This document shows positions 20,679-30,992 of a DNA stretch of 64,000 nucleotides, one piece after another. The DNA is from an uncultured Alteromonadaceae bacterium (lineage in GTDB: Bacteria; Pseudomonadota; Gammaproteobacteria; Enterobacterales; Alteromonadaceae), in contig CANLWS010000008.1 of the NCBI GenBank assembly GCA_947494925.1, positions 172,394 to 236,393 on the forward strand. Direction: 5' to 3'. Below the pieces are notes generated by a model. The model was not told where the DNA came from. It ran no database searches and was given only the letters and a program-made list of their open reading frames with translations. The position numbers and the translations under genes are program-made. Every line of letters begins with the position of its first letter. Within the stretch, counting starts at the first letter, position 1.

Positions 20679-22211
20679 ATGAACCAACCCAAAAAAACAC
20701 TAGCGCTGATTATCTTAGATGGGTGGGGCCACAGAGAAGACACCTCTAACAATGCCATTGCCAATGCCAATACACCTGTGATGGATAAGCTGGCTCGCGA
20801 TTACCCCAGCACCTTCATATCTGGTTCCGGACTGGACGTGGGCTTACCGGATGGGCAAATGGGCAATTCTGAAGTTGGTCATGTTAATTTAGGGGCTGGA
20901 AGAGTTGTGTACCAGGACTTTACCAGAATCAGTAAAGCTATTGATGATGGTGAGTTCGAACAGAACCCTGCATTGTGCGCGGCGGTTGAAAAAGCAGTTA
21001 GTCAAGACAAAGCGGTTCATGTGATGGGGCTGATGTCTCCAGGCGGTGTGCATAGTCATGAAGAGCATATTTTTGCGATGTTGAGAATGGCAGCTAACAA
21101 AGGTGCTACACAGATTTATCTGCATGCTTTTCTTGATGGTCGAGACACACCACCACGAAGCGCAAAAGCATCGCTTGAAAAAGCCGATCAGGTATTCAGG
21201 GAAATTGGCGTGGGGAAAACCGCATCGCTGATTGGAAGATACTATGCAATGGACAGAGACGAGCGCTGGGACAGGGTTCAACAAGCTTATGATTTATTAA
21301 CTCTGGGTAAAGGTGAATATAGTGAAGATGACGCTGTATCTGGCCTGCAGGCAGCTTACAGCCGGGATGAAAACGACGAGTTTGTCAAACCAACAACTAT
21401 CGGCGACCCCGTTCAGATACAGAATGGCGACGCAATGATCTTTATGAATTTCAGGGCAGACCGTGCCAGAGAAATTACCCGTGCCTTTGTGGATAAGGAT
21501 TTTGATGGCTTTGAACGTACCTTGGCGCCTGAGTTGTCGACATTCCTGATGTTGACTCAATATGCTGCAAATATCGACGCCCCAAGTGCCTATCCTCCTG
21601 AGCCTTTAATCAACGTTATGGGAGATTGGCTGGCCAAACATGATAAAACCCAGCTGCGGATTTCTGAGACTGAAAAGTATGCCCACGTGACCTTCTTTTA
21701 CAGTGGTGGAAGAGAGGAGCTCTACCCTGGAGAAGACAGGATTTTAGTCCCATCCCCTAAAGTCGCAACCTATGATTTGCAACCTGAAATGAATTCCGAG
21801 GAATTGACTGACAAGCTGGTAGAAGCCATTGAATCAGGAAAATATGATGCAGTGGTGTGTAACTACCCTAATGGCGATATGGTGGGCCACACTGGGGTTT
21901 ATGAAGCTGCGGTTAAGGCTGTAGAGGCTGTTGATGCCTGCATTGGTCGTGTTGTTGCAGCCTTAGAAAAAACGGGTGGGGAATGTTTGATTACTGCGGA
22001 TCATGGTAATGCGGAAGAGATGCTTAACGAAGAAACCGGACAGGCCCATACCGCTCATACAAGTGAATTGGTCCCCTTTATTTACTTTGGTCGCGATGCC
22101 GCAACAAGACAGGGCGGTACCCTGAGTGATGTGGCACCTACTATGTTGCACTTGATGGGAATGCCGCAACCAGATGAAATGACCGGAAAGCCCATTATGA
22201 CGTTAAAATAG
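20679..22211 (+). CDS. gpmI: 2,3-bisphosphoglycerate-independent phosphoglycerate mutase
   Basis: 510 aa with typical iPGM motifs ([36 protein letters not shown]). Confidence 0.95.
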   Translation: MNQPKKTLALIILDGWGHREDTSNNAIANANTPVMDKLARDYPSTFISGSGLDVGLPDGQMGNSEVGHVNLGAGRVVYQDFTRISKAIDDGEFEQNPALCAAVEKAVSQDKAVHVMGLMSPGGVHSHEEHIFAMLRMAANKGATQIYLHAFLDGRDTPPRSAKASLEKADQVFREIGVGKTASLIGRYYAMDRDERWDRVQQAYDLLTLGKGEYSEDDAVSGLQAAYSRDENDEFVKPTTIGDPVQIQNGDAMIFMNFRADRAREITRAFVDKDFDGFERTLAPELSTFLMLTQYAANIDAPSAYPPEPLINVMGDWLAKHDKTQLRISETEKYAHVTFFYSGGREELYPGEDRILVPSPKVATYDLQPEMNSEELTDKLVEAIESGKYDAVVCNYPNGDMVGHTGVYEAAVKAVEAVDACIGRVVAALEKTGGECLITADHGNAEEMLNEETGQAHTAHTSELVPFIYFGRDAATRQGGTLSDVAPTMLHLMGMPQPDEMTGKPIMTLK

Positions 22212-22215
22212 CGTT

Positions 22216-23367
22216 TTGAAGTTAAATACGATCTTGCTCAGAAAGCCCGGACTGGCACTGTCTCTGATAGTGCTTCTGTGCGTTGTATCAAGTTTTCAGG
22301 CTTCATCTCAACAAGATCAGGAGCAACTCCAGGATTTACAGCAGCAGATAAAACAGAAGCAACAAGAGCTGGACAAGCAGCTGGAAAACGCCAAGCGTTT
22401 GCAACAGCAGTTGAAGCAGGATGAGCTCAGAATAGCCGAAACAGCAAAAGCGCTGAATAGCACCCAGGTCAATCTTGAAAACAACGTTCAGCAACAAAAG
22501 CAGTTACGGGAAGAAAAGGCATCTCTAACGACTAAACAGCAGCAACAACAATCCTTGTTGGCCAGACAATTACGCAGCGCATTTACCGCTGGCAACTATG
22601 ATTATGCCAAGATGCTGTTCAATCAACAGGAAGCGGGAAAGTTCGAGCGAGTAATTACTTACTATCAATATCTCAATAAGGCCCGATTGGAGCAGATAGA
22701 ATTATTCAAATCTTTGGTAGCTCAGCTCCTACAAGTGAATGCAGATCTGGTTCAAAAGCAGCAGGAACTGGAGACATTACAACAAACCCAGAAAAATCAA
22801 CGGCAAACACTGACCAGCCAGCAAGCATCTCGTCAAGGGACCTTGTCCTCACTGGAGAAAAGTATCGACTCGGATGCTGCACAAATTGAACAACTACAAA
22901 TCAATGAGCAAGCACTTCGCAAGGCAATCAGCGACGCACAACGCATAGCTAGCCAGCGGCCTGAAGAATTGAAAGGGTTAGAAAATCTGCAGGGTAAACT
23001 ATTGAAGCCAACCAAGGGACGTATGCGTACCTTATTCGGCAAAAGGCGCCAGGGGCAGGTGCGTTGGAAAGGCGTGTTGTTTAATGGCAGCGCCGGGAAC
23101 CCGGTACGAGCGGTGCATTACGGGAAGGTTCTGTTTGCTGATTGGTTGCGTGGATTCGGCTTAGTGACCGTACTCGACCATGGCGAAGGTTACATGAGCC
23201 TTTATGGGCATAACCAGGCGCTTTTAAAACAAGTCGGGGAAACGGTAGAAGCCGGTGAAACTATCGCTTTGGTAGGGCAAAGTGGTGGGCAGAGTTCTCC
23301 TAACCTGTATTTTGAAATCCGCCATAAAGGTGAAGCTATTAATCCTGGCAAATGGTTGCGAAAATAA
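22216..23367 (+). CDS. envC: Murein hydrolase activator EnvC (coiled-coil plus degenerate M23 peptidase domain)
   Basis: A signal peptide, a long Q-rich coiled coil, and a C-terminal LytM/M23 domain. The gpmI-envC-yibQ order matches E. coli. Confidence 0.85.
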   Translation: MKLNTILLRKPGLALSLIVLLCVVSSFQASSQQDQEQLQDLQQQIKQKQQELDKQLENAKRLQQQLKQDELRIAETAKALNSTQVNLENNVQQQKQLREEKASLTTKQQQQQSLLARQLRSAFTAGNYDYAKMLFNQQEAGKFERVITYYQYLNKARLEQIELFKSLVAQLLQVNADLVQKQQELETLQQTQKNQRQTLTSQQASRQGTLSSLEKSIDSDAAQIEQLQINEQALRKAISDAQRIASQRPEELKGLENLQGKLLKPTKGRMRTLFGKRRQGQVRWKGVLFNGSAGNPVRAVHYGKVLFADWLRGFGLVTVLDHGEGYMSLYGHNQALLKQVGETVEAGETIALVGQSGGQSSPNLYFEIRHKGEAINPGKWLRK

Positions 23368-23491
23368 TTGCAAACCAGCAGGTGGAGAATTCCTGCTGAC
23401 TGATTGCCCCCCACTAGTATTCTTCTTCTATCACTCTATAATCAATGTCATAAAAACTGACAAGCATCCCACTAAAATAATAAGAAACATT

Positions 23492-24256
23492 GTGCGCTTT
23501 TATAAAATTATAAGATTCCTAGCCATTCTGGTCTCGTTCAATTCGTCCGCAGCGGACATAGCATTGATCATAGATGATATGGGAAATCGCTCCCGAGATG
23601 CGTTGGCATTCTCATTGCCTAAAGAAGTGGCGTTTTCTATTCTTCCCCACAAACCACTTTCTTCGGTTTATTCGCAACGCGCTGCCAGTCAGCAAAGAGA
23701 AGTCATGCTGCACATTCCAATGGAATCTCTTGCCGGAAAGAGATTGGGCCCAGGTTCTTTGACCGCAGACATGCATCCAATGAAAATACATCAGGTTTTG
23801 CAAGATGCTCTTAGTACCGTTCCCGACGCGATTGGTATGAACAACCATATGGGTAGCAAATTGACTCAATTGACGCTTCCAATGTCATCAACAATGGACT
23901 TTTTGCAACAACACAACTTGTTTTTTGTAGACAGCCGGACCACCAGATTCAGTAAAGCTGAACAAATTGCCCGACAAAAAGGGGTAATGAGCACCAAGCG
24001 CAATGTCTTTTTGGACCATGACGCAGACATCACTGAAATCGATGCTCAGTTCAGACGATTGCTTCGTCTGGCTAAGAAATATGGATTTGCTGTGGGCATT
24101 GCTCACCCCTACCCACAAAGCGTGAATTATCTGAAGCAACAACTGCCGACCTTGGCAGATAAAGGAGTTCGACTCGTTCCCCTGAGTGACGTTCTTGTAT
24201 CACAGGAATTGGCCAGATCGAACAGACGCGAACAATTGGAACAACAACTGGACTAA
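23492..24256 (+). CDS. yibQ: Divergent polysaccharide deacetylase family protein (YibQ-like). A GTG start is proposed; the table ORF begins upstream inside envC without a plausible ATG.
   Basis: Signal peptide (RFLAILVSFNSSAA), IALIIDDMGN, and conserved SILPH…HIPMES…NHMGS motifs of the YibQ/DUF610 family. Confidence 0.6.
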   Translation: MRFYKIIRFLAILVSFNSSAADIALIIDDMGNRSRDALAFSLPKEVAFSILPHKPLSSVYSQRAASQQREVMLHIPMESLAGKRLGPGSLTADMHPMKIHQVLQDALSTVPDAIGMNNHMGSKLTQLTLPMSSTMDFLQQHNLFFVDSRTTRFSKAEQIARQKGVMSTKRNVFLDHDADITEIDAQFRRLLRLAKKYGFAVGIAHPYPQSVNYLKQQLPTLADKGVRLVPLSDVLVSQELARSNRREQLEQQLD

Positions 24257-24283
24257 CTAGTTCAGGGAATACAGGAGTTAACA

Positions 24284-25231
24284 ATGCCAGGAGCTAACTT
24301 ACTTGCTTTAGTCGATGACATCGCCACCATTTTGGATGATGTCGCAGTATTGTCTAAAGTTGCAGCAAAAAAGACTGCAGGCGTGCTGGGCGATGACCTG
24401 GCATTAAATGCTGAGCAGGTCTCAGGTGTCAAAGCAGACCGTGAGCTTCCTGTGGTTTGGGCGGTGGCAAAAGGATCCATGTGGAATAAGGTCATTCTTG
24501 TGCCGTCCGCACTGCTTATCAGTGCTTTGTATCCACCTCTGATTACCGTATTGATGGTCATTGGCGGTCTATATCTTTGTTTTGAAGGATTTGAAAAAGT
24601 CGCCCATAAGTTCTTGCATAGCAAGGAAGACATAGCACAGGAGCACAAGCATAAGCTTGAAGCGCTGGCTGATCCCAAGGTCGATCTTGTTGCCTTGGAA
24701 AAAGACAAAATAAAAGGTGCTATCCGCACGGATTTCATCTTATCCGCGGAAATAATAGTGATCATTCTCGGCTCAGTGCAAAATGAAGCCTTTGCAACTC
24801 AGGTCGCTGTTGTTTCAGGTTTAGCCGTGGCCTTCACTGTAGGCGTATATGGTTTGGTCGCCGGAATTGTTAAACTGGATGATGCAGGTTTGTATTTACT
24901 GAGAAAATCCGTATCAGGTTCATTTGATGGGATTCAGCGGTTTTTCGGTCGGTTGTTGCTTCGCACTGCGCCATTGCTGATGAAAAGCCTGGCGATCATA
25001 GGTACTGCCGCGATGTTCCTGGTAGGTGGTGGTATCATTGTGCATAGCATTCCAAGTATTCACCATATTGTGGAGGACAGTGTTGCAGCGATAACAAATG
25101 TATTAGGCAGCTGGTTTGATGCAATTGGCCCCATATTGTTGGAAGGAATAACAGGTATTATTGCTGGTGGATTAGTATTGGCAATTGTTAGTTTAGGTCA
25201 AACTATCTGGAAGCCCAAAAAAGCAGCTTAA
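24284..25231 (+). CDS. DUF808-family (YedI-like) inner-membrane protein
   Basis: 315 aa with an N-terminus LLALVDDIATILDDVAVLSK characteristic of DUF808 and several TM segments. Confidence 0.6.
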   Translation: MPGANLLALVDDIATILDDVAVLSKVAAKKTAGVLGDDLALNAEQVSGVKADRELPVVWAVAKGSMWNKVILVPSALLISALYPPLITVLMVIGGLYLCFEGFEKVAHKFLHSKEDIAQEHKHKLEALADPKVDLVALEKDKIKGAIRTDFILSAEIIVIILGSVQNEAFATQVAVVSGLAVAFTVGVYGLVAGIVKLDDAGLYLLRKSVSGSFDGIQRFFGRLLLRTAPLLMKSLAIIGTAAMFLVGGGIIVHSIPSIHHIVEDSVAAITNVLGSWFDAIGPILLEGITGIIAGGLVLAIVSLGQTIWKPKKAA

Positions 25232-25244
25232 AGGAGAAAAAATA

Positions 25245-25793
25245 ATGCGTTGTACAAGTTGTAAGTCCGGAAACTTGAACCCGAGTTATCTGGACAAGTT
25301 ATTTCGTGCCCACACCTGTGATAATTGTGGTGGAAATTGGGTTCTGATTGAAGACTATGTGAGTTGGAAAGAGAATAATCCTGAACATGAGTTCGTCGCT
25401 GTTGAGGTGGAGTCAGTGGAAGATTCTGACAAAGCTATTTTGTGCCCAATGACAGGGACAATAATGCGTAAGCTGCACATTTCTAAAGACAGTCAACATA
25501 AAGTCGACTATAGCGTTGCTGTTGGTGGCGTGTGGCTTGACAAAGGAGAATGGGAATTACTCAAGGCTGCAGGGATGGCGGGCTCGCTGAATGGCATTTT
25601 AACTCAGCAATGGCAAACTAAAATTCAAGATGAAAAAGCCTATCAGACCTTTGAAAGTTTATACCTTTCGAAATTCGGAGAACAGGATTACGAAAAAATC
25701 AAAGAGCTGAGAGAATGGCTAACTAACCATCCTCGCAAATCTGATTTACGTTCTTATCTATTGGCTGACGATCCCTATTCTGCGAAACGATGA
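25245..25793 (+). CDS. Zinc-ribbon domain protein (hypothetical)
   Basis: N-terminal CxxC…CDNCGG four-Cys ribbon and a second Cys/His-rich segment (CPMTG…H…H). No confident family assignment. Confidence 0.4.
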   Translation: MRCTSCKSGNLNPSYLDKLFRAHTCDNCGGNWVLIEDYVSWKENNPEHEFVAVEVESVEDSDKAILCPMTGTIMRKLHISKDSQHKVDYSVAVGGVWLDKGEWELLKAAGMAGSLNGILTQQWQTKIQDEKAYQTFESLYLSKFGEQDYEKIKELREWLTNHPRKSDLRSYLLADDPYSAKR

Positions 25794-25854
25794 TCAGAGC
25801 TAAACATTTGCCAGGGCTGGTATGCCAGCCCTGGCACTAATCTTTTGGCCCTGG

Positions 25855-28800
25855 TTATTTCTTGGAATCAACGTCCACACCTTCCCACACTTTACTGAGC
25901 AATTGCATCGCTGCCGCGACACGGTTAATCGGTTTGATAAGATCGCTGGTGTCAGATTGTTGAACATCCAGCTTAATTGCTTCCAGTGATGCTGCCATGT
26001 GGCCCAATTGTTTGACTGCCTGGACAGATGGGTCGCCTTCAATATTCTGGCCCTGTTTACTGTCAAACGCTGAGCAGATATGTTCCCAACGTGCTTTTTG
26101 TTTGTCTGACATGGTGCCTCGAAGCAGAGCCAGTTTGAGCAGATTTTCTTCCGCGCCAGACGTCAACGTTTGGGCTTCACCAGTATAATGATCACCGATT
26201 AACTGCATAAGTTCATCATGATTCATCACAGCTGAAATCTTTTCAGCCATTTTGTTCATGTTTCGGTAACTACCCTGTAGTTTGAAGGGCGGTTCCTCAC
26301 GATAATCCTCGGCCGTTGCTGCAGATTCTATATATTGCAGGTTGACCTTTAGAATGACTTCCTGAATAGCGAACAAATGCCTGAGAACGGCAGTGATTTC
26401 ATTGACTTCTGCACCACTGTACTGATGGCTAAGATCTGTGCTGGCGATATTGTCACCCTGAGCCATTTTAATCAGCTTATAAACATCCTGCATATCCCTC
26501 AACGCCAGTGGAGCCAATACAGGATTTGAGGTCAGGCTGTTTTCGATGTAACTCAGAGCGAACTGTTCTTCTTTGCCGCCAAGAACGTCACCCAGATTAT
26601 AAATATCTGCACGGTTAGCGAGCATATCGGGCACTTTGAATACGTCGCCAGATTCTGTGTAGGGGTTTCCAGCCATGACAACGCAGAATTTCTTACCGCG
26701 CATATCATAGGTTTTACTTTGACCCTTCCAGACTCCTTCGATACGTCGTGTTCCGTCACATAGCGCGATGAATTTTTGCAGAAATTCAGGGTGAGTGTGT
26801 TGTATATCATCCAGATACAACATCACATTGTTACCCATCTCCAGGCCCAAATTGAGCTTTTCCAATTCTTGCCTGGCTGTTGCATTGGGGGCATTTTGCG
26901 GATCGATCGAAGTCACATCATGACCCAGTGACGGGCAGTTTATTTTCATAAACACCAAGCCAAGTCTGTCAGCCACGTACTCCATTAACGTTGTTTTACC
27001 GTACCCAGGAGGAGAAATGAGTAACAACAAGCCCATTAAATCTGTGCGTTTGCTGTCACCCACTGTGCCCATCTGTTTGGCCAGATTGTCGCCAATGATT
27101 GGCAAATAGACTTCATCAATCAGGCGGTTTCGGACAAACGAACTCAGAGGTTTGGCTGCGTAGGCATCTAGCTGCAATTCAGCTTTGCTGGCTTGCATGA
27201 CCTCATGGCGCAATGCATGGTAGCGGGTAAAGTTGCTAACGTGAACGCCGTGATAGTGCGCAAGACGTTGGTTAAATTCATCTAGCACTACCTCTAAACT
27301 GCCATCGGTAATATTTTTGTGCTCACTGAGCATGTCTTTTACTGTGACCTGCATGGACAGGTCAGTTGTACGTGTCGGTAGCTTGTCACGACATATCATC
27401 AAGGCTGCGGCTTCGGGCAAATAATGTGCAACTGCTACGCTACTTTTTTCATTCATTTGCTGAAGCGCATTCAACCAGGCCATTCCCAGTGTCCATTGTT
27501 CTTCCAGTCCGGCAATATGTTCAGCAGCAGGTTCAGTTTCGTCGATCAGCTTGCCGAATTGACTCATGGTAGTGTGAAATTCGCGATCATGGCCTAATTC
27601 TGAGAGCTTCGACTCGAACGATTTTATCTGTTCCAGGGCGACTTTGCTGGTGACAAATGCCACTTTGTTTTCTGCTAACTCCTGACTCAGATAATCAACG
27701 GCAAGTTGCACAGAATTTGGCGTAAAAGACAATTTGAATCGAGCCGCAAAAGCCGCAAGTTCGCTGGCCAATGTTGCTCTTAGTTGTTCAAAACCTTTCA
27801 GGCTGTGTAGTGTATTCGCCAGCATTTGTGCACTGAGCGCATGACTCTGCCAAATCTGCTTCTGGGTTTTACTGTGACCTGCGTAACACCAGAACAGCAT
27901 TGCCAAAGCCCTTGATTCTGGCGGATAGCGCAGCAAGCCCGCTTTTTGATGCACCGGAAGAAGGGCACTCAGCAAAGAAACTGTATCTTGGTCGTGTACG
28001 CCTTTTTCGTAGCCTTCCTGATATCGGGAAGACATGTATTCTCTCACCAGTTTGGCTAGTCCTGTCTTGTCTTCAACCAAGGTGTAGAGTTGGTCAATGG
28101 TCAGTCCATTGCGTTGTTGTTCTGCGTCTTGAATAATAGTGGAGGTAAGGAACTCAACCCGACTAACATCATCATTTTCCGAGACCAGTGGTTGTTGCCA
28201 ATAAGGTTTCAGCTCATTGAGCTCTTCATGTTCAAGTTGTTCAAAGTAATCTGTGCCCACCAGATGTCGATACAGGCCCTCATTCCGAGGTAAGAGCGTC
28301 AAATCCAAGGCTTGGGTGTTCACGCTGAATTTGTGTTTACCCAACTTAATAATTGAACCGCCATCTTCAAAAATATCCTGTTTATCCCGCAGACTTCGGA
28401 TACCTTGTTCTTTGGCTGATTTAAGCTGAGCTTCCAAATCATCGGCTTTAATCTGATCATTCAACTCCCGAAGTTGTGCCACCAGATCAGCGATTTTTAA
28501 CACCATAGGATCCGATGCAAAGTAGGTATTCATCTGGTCTGTATCGGAAAAAGTGTTTGCCCGGCGGCTTATCCCTTTAATGATGCGCTCAGCTGCGCTG
28601 AATATGTTCTGCGAACGACGTTGTTGGTCTTCGATCAATGCCTGTTTGCGACTTTCAAATGCACTATGCAATTCCTCACGTTTGTCCATGATGTCAGACA
28701 GAAACTGGTCATATTCACTGAATTTGGATTCCAGTTCTTCCAGTTGAATCATCAAGCGAGATAGTTGCTCATCTGATTTTTCCGGTGTGTCAGCCATAGC

Positions 28801-30921
28801 TAATGCGCTGGTGATACTTTGTGAGAACAACCTGAATTGGGCGGCAAATTCGGCACTGGCTTCGCCCGAACCTAGTTCTTTCCTGCGTTTTCTTCCTTGC
28901 GCCTTAACCTGGTTTAATTTGGCGTAGAGTTCCGAGATGTCATCAAGGATCTGTGTTCTGACTGTGGCATCCTCAACTTTCAAGCCGTTGAGAATTTCGG
29001 TTAGTAAATCTAACCCTACAGAAAGTTTTTCCAACTCTTCGTTTATAGGCGTTATTTCAACTACCAATTCTACCTGAGTAAGTGTTTTCTCAAGATCTGC
29101 CATTTTGGATTGATAGGGCTCCAGCGCTTTGTCACTGGCGAGGAAGTCAACAGTAGCGGTACTGACTTTATCAAATTGTTCTGTGACATCCTGATCGAGC
29201 GTTTGAATGCGGTCACTATCTATGTAGCGTTGATCCTTCAACGTGATTAAATGTCCACGCTGCTGACGCAATGATGTCAGGCAATCGACAAATTGTTCCG
29301 GTGATTTCCAGTTGCTGATATTAATCGAGCCCAGAATCTCGGCTTGTTGCTTTTCTGCATCGAGTAATGCTTTGCTGGCCTGGGCTCTTATCTGTTCTAC
29401 TTTCTCGAATTCGTCAATCACCAGCTCAGCAGTTGAAGTGATTTCCTTAACGATTTCGCCGATGCCATCGGTGTCTTTTTCATTTAACCAGAAATAGCTG
29501 TCGAATAAGCTACGACAGGTTTTTATCAGATCTTCGTAAAGGTTTCTGGTTGGAGTGGGAGAGGAGATATTGCGATGGATGGACAAAAGATCTGATATGC
29601 CTCGCACTAATTCTTTATTGCCAATCCTGCTATAGAAACTATCTGTCGTCGGTTGCTTGGACGCAAATTCCTGACTGTAGTAGGGCGTTTCCCAAACTTG
29701 CATTGGATGCACTCGGGTGGCTTCGTCTTCTGCGTTAAGCACCACCATGTGTCCATCGTCAAACACACTGTAGCCGTGCGCATAGATTGGATTCTGTAGT
29801 GTTTTACTGATCAAATTGTATGAGTACAGTCCCCGTAAACCGGATTCTGGTTCATAAAATACATATAATACGTCTTCGCCATTCGGAGAACGAATACTGC
29901 GTTTGAAGCGCAAGCCCTCTATCTGATCAGGAAAGGATTTGGTTTCACCATTTTGCAGGTAATATCCACCTGGAAAAATAATGCCATGGTCTTCTGGAAG
30001 AGAAATACAGGCAAGGCCAATAGCATCGATTCTGTTGACCTGGTTGGTACGTGTGTTAAATACCAGATAACGATATTGCTTCTCCCGGTACGGCTGGATT
30101 TTCAACAATACCAATGTGCCAACTTCTGCGTATTGTATGTCAGCGTCAGCCAGACTCTGCGTTGTATCTTCTACCGGTTCGTTGTATATCCCCAGCCCAT
30201 CTTCCGTATTATTCTCAACTTTAATCGTCAGTTGACCGTTAATGGTTTCAACAAACACTTTATCGCAGACATTGATGTGGGGATGGCTTCCCGAGACATG
30301 TTGCTCCCGATCAACCGATTGCCATTCAAAGTCATGGGTCGGCACCTTCTGGATGGCACGCTCACCTCGATTATCTATGTAACTGGCGCTGCCGTCTTTA
30401 TTAACTCGCCACTGAAATACGCGGGTGTCGTCTATTTTTCTGCCGATCTGAAACACGGCAAACAGAGTTTGATTCTGTATTTTTAGTTGTATCAGCCTGG
30501 CTTCTTTGTAATAAACGTAAAGTTCGTTAAATTCCTTGATGAACTGGGGATCTGCCAGAAAGGTACCTGCTGTATCCGCCGGCGTGAGTTCAACGCCGGT
30601 TTCTTTTTTGTCTAACTTAAACAGGCCGAATACATCGGCAACCTGAGTTTCTTTTTTCAGGCCGATAAATACATTGTAACCAAACAGGATATTAGCGCCG
30701 ACAGGCACGATATCCCGTGCCACGCAGTTGTTTTCTGTACGGACTCGGGCGCGAGCCAGCACATCCAGCTTGGCCTGACCAAATTCTTCGATCCGGGCCT
30801 GATTGAGACCGTCTACTTTGTTTTTTAGTGTCTTCGCCTGCTCAACCAGCCGCCCATGAATGACTTCATAAGCTCCGCCTTCAGCAACGGCTTGATCCAC
30901 TTGATTCTGATCTGCTGACAT
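25855..30921 (-). CDS. Giant (1688 aa) multidomain protein with a C-terminal MoxR/AAA_5-type AAA+ ATPase. The N-terminal and central regions are uncharacterised.
   Basis: Uninterrupted 5.07-kb ORF. Walker A LLLISPPGYGKTTL is encoded at ~26986-27027, Walker B VMLYLDDIQ at ~26806-26826, and sensor-1 is CVVMAGNP. The central ~800 aa is rich in heptad/E-Q-L repeats, and the first ~470 aa are beta-rich. It sits downstream of the flotillin gene in the same orientation with a 71-bp gap. Confidence 0.8.
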   Translation of the reverse strand: MSADQNQVDQAVAEGGAYEVIHGRLVEQAKTLKNKVDGLNQARIEEFGQAKLDVLARARVRTENNCVARDIVPVGANILFGYNVFIGLKKETQVADVFGLFKLDKKETGVELTPADTAGTFLADPQFIKEFNELYVYYKEARLIQLKIQNQTLFAVFQIGRKIDDTRVFQWRVNKDGSASYIDNRGERAIQKVPTHDFEWQSVDREQHVSGSHPHINVCDKVFVETINGQLTIKVENNTEDGLGIYNEPVEDTTQSLADADIQYAEVGTLVLLKIQPYREKQYRYLVFNTRTNQVNRIDAIGLACISLPEDHGIIFPGGYYLQNGETKSFPDQIEGLRFKRSIRSPNGEDVLYVFYEPESGLRGLYSYNLISKTLQNPIYAHGYSVFDDGHMVVLNAEDEATRVHPMQVWETPYYSQEFASKQPTTDSFYSRIGNKELVRGISDLLSIHRNISSPTPTRNLYEDLIKTCRSLFDSYFWLNEKDTDGIGEIVKEITSTAELVIDEFEKVEQIRAQASKALLDAEKQQAEILGSINISNWKSPEQFVDCLTSLRQQRGHLITLKDQRYIDSDRIQTLDQDVTEQFDKVSTATVDFLASDKALEPYQSKMADLEKTLTQVELVVEITPINEELEKLSVGLDLLTEILNGLKVEDATVRTQILDDISELYAKLNQVKAQGRKRRKELGSGEASAEFAAQFRLFSQSITSALAMADTPEKSDEQLSRLMIQLEELESKFSEYDQFLSDIMDKREELHSAFESRKQALIEDQQRRSQNIFSAAERIIKGISRRANTFSDTDQMNTYFASDPMVLKIADLVAQLRELNDQIKADDLEAQLKSAKEQGIRSLRDKQDIFEDGGSIIKLGKHKFSVNTQALDLTLLPRNEGLYRHLVGTDYFEQLEHEELNELKPYWQQPLVSENDDVSRVEFLTSTIIQDAEQQRNGLTIDQLYTLVEDKTGLAKLVREYMSSRYQEGYEKGVHDQDTVSLLSALLPVHQKAGLLRYPPESRALAMLFWCYAGHSKTQKQIWQSHALSAQMLANTLHSLKGFEQLRATLASELAAFAARFKLSFTPNSVQLAVDYLSQELAENKVAFVTSKVALEQIKSFESKLSELGHDREFHTTMSQFGKLIDETEPAAEHIAGLEEQWTLGMAWLNALQQMNEKSSVAVAHYLPEAAALMICRDKLPTRTTDLSMQVTVKDMLSEHKNITDGSLEVVLDEFNQRLAHYHGVHVSNFTRYHALRHEVMQASKAELQLDAYAAKPLSSFVRNRLIDEVYLPIIGDNLAKQMGTVGDSKRTDLMGLLLLISPPGYGKTTLMEYVADRLGLVFMKINCPSLGHDVTSIDPQNAPNATARQELEKLNLGLEMGNNVMLYLDDIQHTHPEFLQKFIALCDGTRRIEGVWKGQSKTYDMRGKKFCVVMAGNPYTESGDVFKVPDMLANRADIYNLGDVLGGKEEQFALSYIENSLTSNPVLAPLALRDMQDVYKLIKMAQGDNIASTDLSHQYSGAEVNEITAVLRHLFAIQEVILKVNLQYIESAATAEDYREEPPFKLQGSYRNMNKMAEKISAVMNHDELMQLIGDHYTGEAQTLTSGAEENLLKLALLRGTMSDKQKARWEHICSAFDSKQGQNIEGDPSVQAVKQLGHMAASLEAIKLDVQQSDTSDLIKPINRVAAAMQLLSKVWEGVDVDSKK

Positions 30922-30992
30922 AAATGACTCCTTGTTAATTGCCCAGTATCGACGACCAAAGACTCAACAGGCCTTGGCCGTCACACTTCTCA

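Noticed and set aside
24262-24765. 167-aa ORF on the minus strand
   Set aside because: It lies entirely antisense to the well-supported DUF808 membrane-protein gene (24284-25231), has a Ser/Ala-rich low-complexity translation, and no RBS. It is a spurious shadow ORF.
25800-26066. 88-aa minus-strand ORF overlapping the 3' end of the giant gene
   Set aside because: It is an out-of-frame overlap with the much longer, motif-rich ORF, and it has no start context.
29953-30486. 177-aa + strand ORF and several 60-80-aa ORFs inside 25855-30921
   Set aside because: They are antisense to the uninterrupted 1688-aa ORF, have no conserved motifs, and are composition artefacts.
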